Shown in pieces: positions 63,285 to 64,000 of a stretch of DNA of 64,000 nt. Where the stretch lies: contig CAVNZM010000003.1 of the NCBI GenBank assembly GCA_963693365.1, positions 3,357,106 through 3,421,105 on the forward strand. The letters are read 5' to 3'. The notes beneath the pieces were generated by a model. That model saw nothing but the letters and a program-made list of their open reading frames with translations, did not search any database and had not been told where the DNA came from. A program made the translations under genes and the position numbers. This stretch comes from Amoebidium appalachense (taxonomy: Eukaryota > Protista > Ichthyosporea). Position 1 is the first letter of the stretch. Every line of letters begins with the position of its first letter.

Positions 63285-64000
63285 AGGAGGGCTTGAAAGC
63301 ATCACAGAGTACCGTGTACCCATTTACAACGAAAAACACAATGCATCATTTAAAGAGCAGACATCTGTATGCATCATAAGCAGAACCTATTCCTGGGGAG
63401 GGAGGTAGGGGGGGGAGGGGGATAGTGGGTAGAATGTAACAACCACAGTGTGGGTTGAGGGTGTGTGTGTGCGCGTGTGTGTGTGTGGTGGGCGGCAGAA
63501 GGGGGAGGACCAGGTCAAGAGGTACGTAATTGTGATATATAACACGAGCTTAATCCTGTCAACGAGGGCAATGCGTTGTAATGAGCAAATTATGCAGCCA
63601 CGAATTACCGAGGGGGGGGGGGGGAAGGAGGGGCAGGGGGGTGGGTGGGTGGGGGGGGGGGGGAGGGCAAAGGGAGAAAGGGAGAGGGCAGAGGGCAGAG
63701 GGCAGGGGGAAGGGGGGAGATGAACGAGGGGGCCTTCTCAGGAGGTACATTTCACCACAACAAACGAAGGTTTGCAATTACATCTACACGACGTTATTGC
63801 TAATACAGGCCAAGAGTCGTATTCGAAGTCAGGAGAGACCAGACGTTCGGGGCCAAGGAGAGAGAGAGAGAGAGGGAAGAAGGGGAGGGGGGGGGGGGGG
63901 GGGGGGGGGGGGAGGATGAGAACGTGGAGCACGGTACCGAGGCACAACTATACGATGGGAAACATTATGCAACATCAACAATGCATAGAATCCCTACGTA

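Overview
Intron-rich eukaryotic DNA, probably from a protist; an ichthyosporean or other unicellular holozoan is a guess from style only. Introns and intergenic DNA are saturated with (CA)n/(GT)n, (CT)n/(GA)n and long poly-C/G/A/T tracts, so nearly all ORFs in the supplied track are spurious. Splicing exons by hand gives five genes: NOC2L (-, 5' part only), a 21-exon SNAPC4/SNAP190 Myb-repeat gene (+), an Agd3-like (CE18) secreted polysaccharide deacetylase (-), a secreted PAN-PAN-TSP1-spherulin-4/Sph3 (GH135) hydrolase (+), and a tandem SnoaL/NTF2-like repeat protein (-, 3' part only). Four observations stand out. (1) A ~452-bp, highly structured non-coding mobile element sits as 1.7-1.9-unit head-to-tail arrays in poly-C tracts of two introns, with a probable third copy at the window edge. 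It has one fixed end, one variable end and identical units within an array, the pattern expected from copying a circular template (retrozyme-like or rolling-circle), but it has no canonical ribozyme core. (2) The agd3-like and sph3-like genes form a head-to-head pair, two components of the fungal galactosaminogalactan cluster in an apparently non-fungal genome. (3) The otherwise intact agd3-like gene has one in-frame TGA at an expected Trp. (4) Many introns have (CA)n or poly-C running up to the 3' AG, with complementary (GT)n or poly-G near the donor. All family assignments come from recalled motifs, not database searches.
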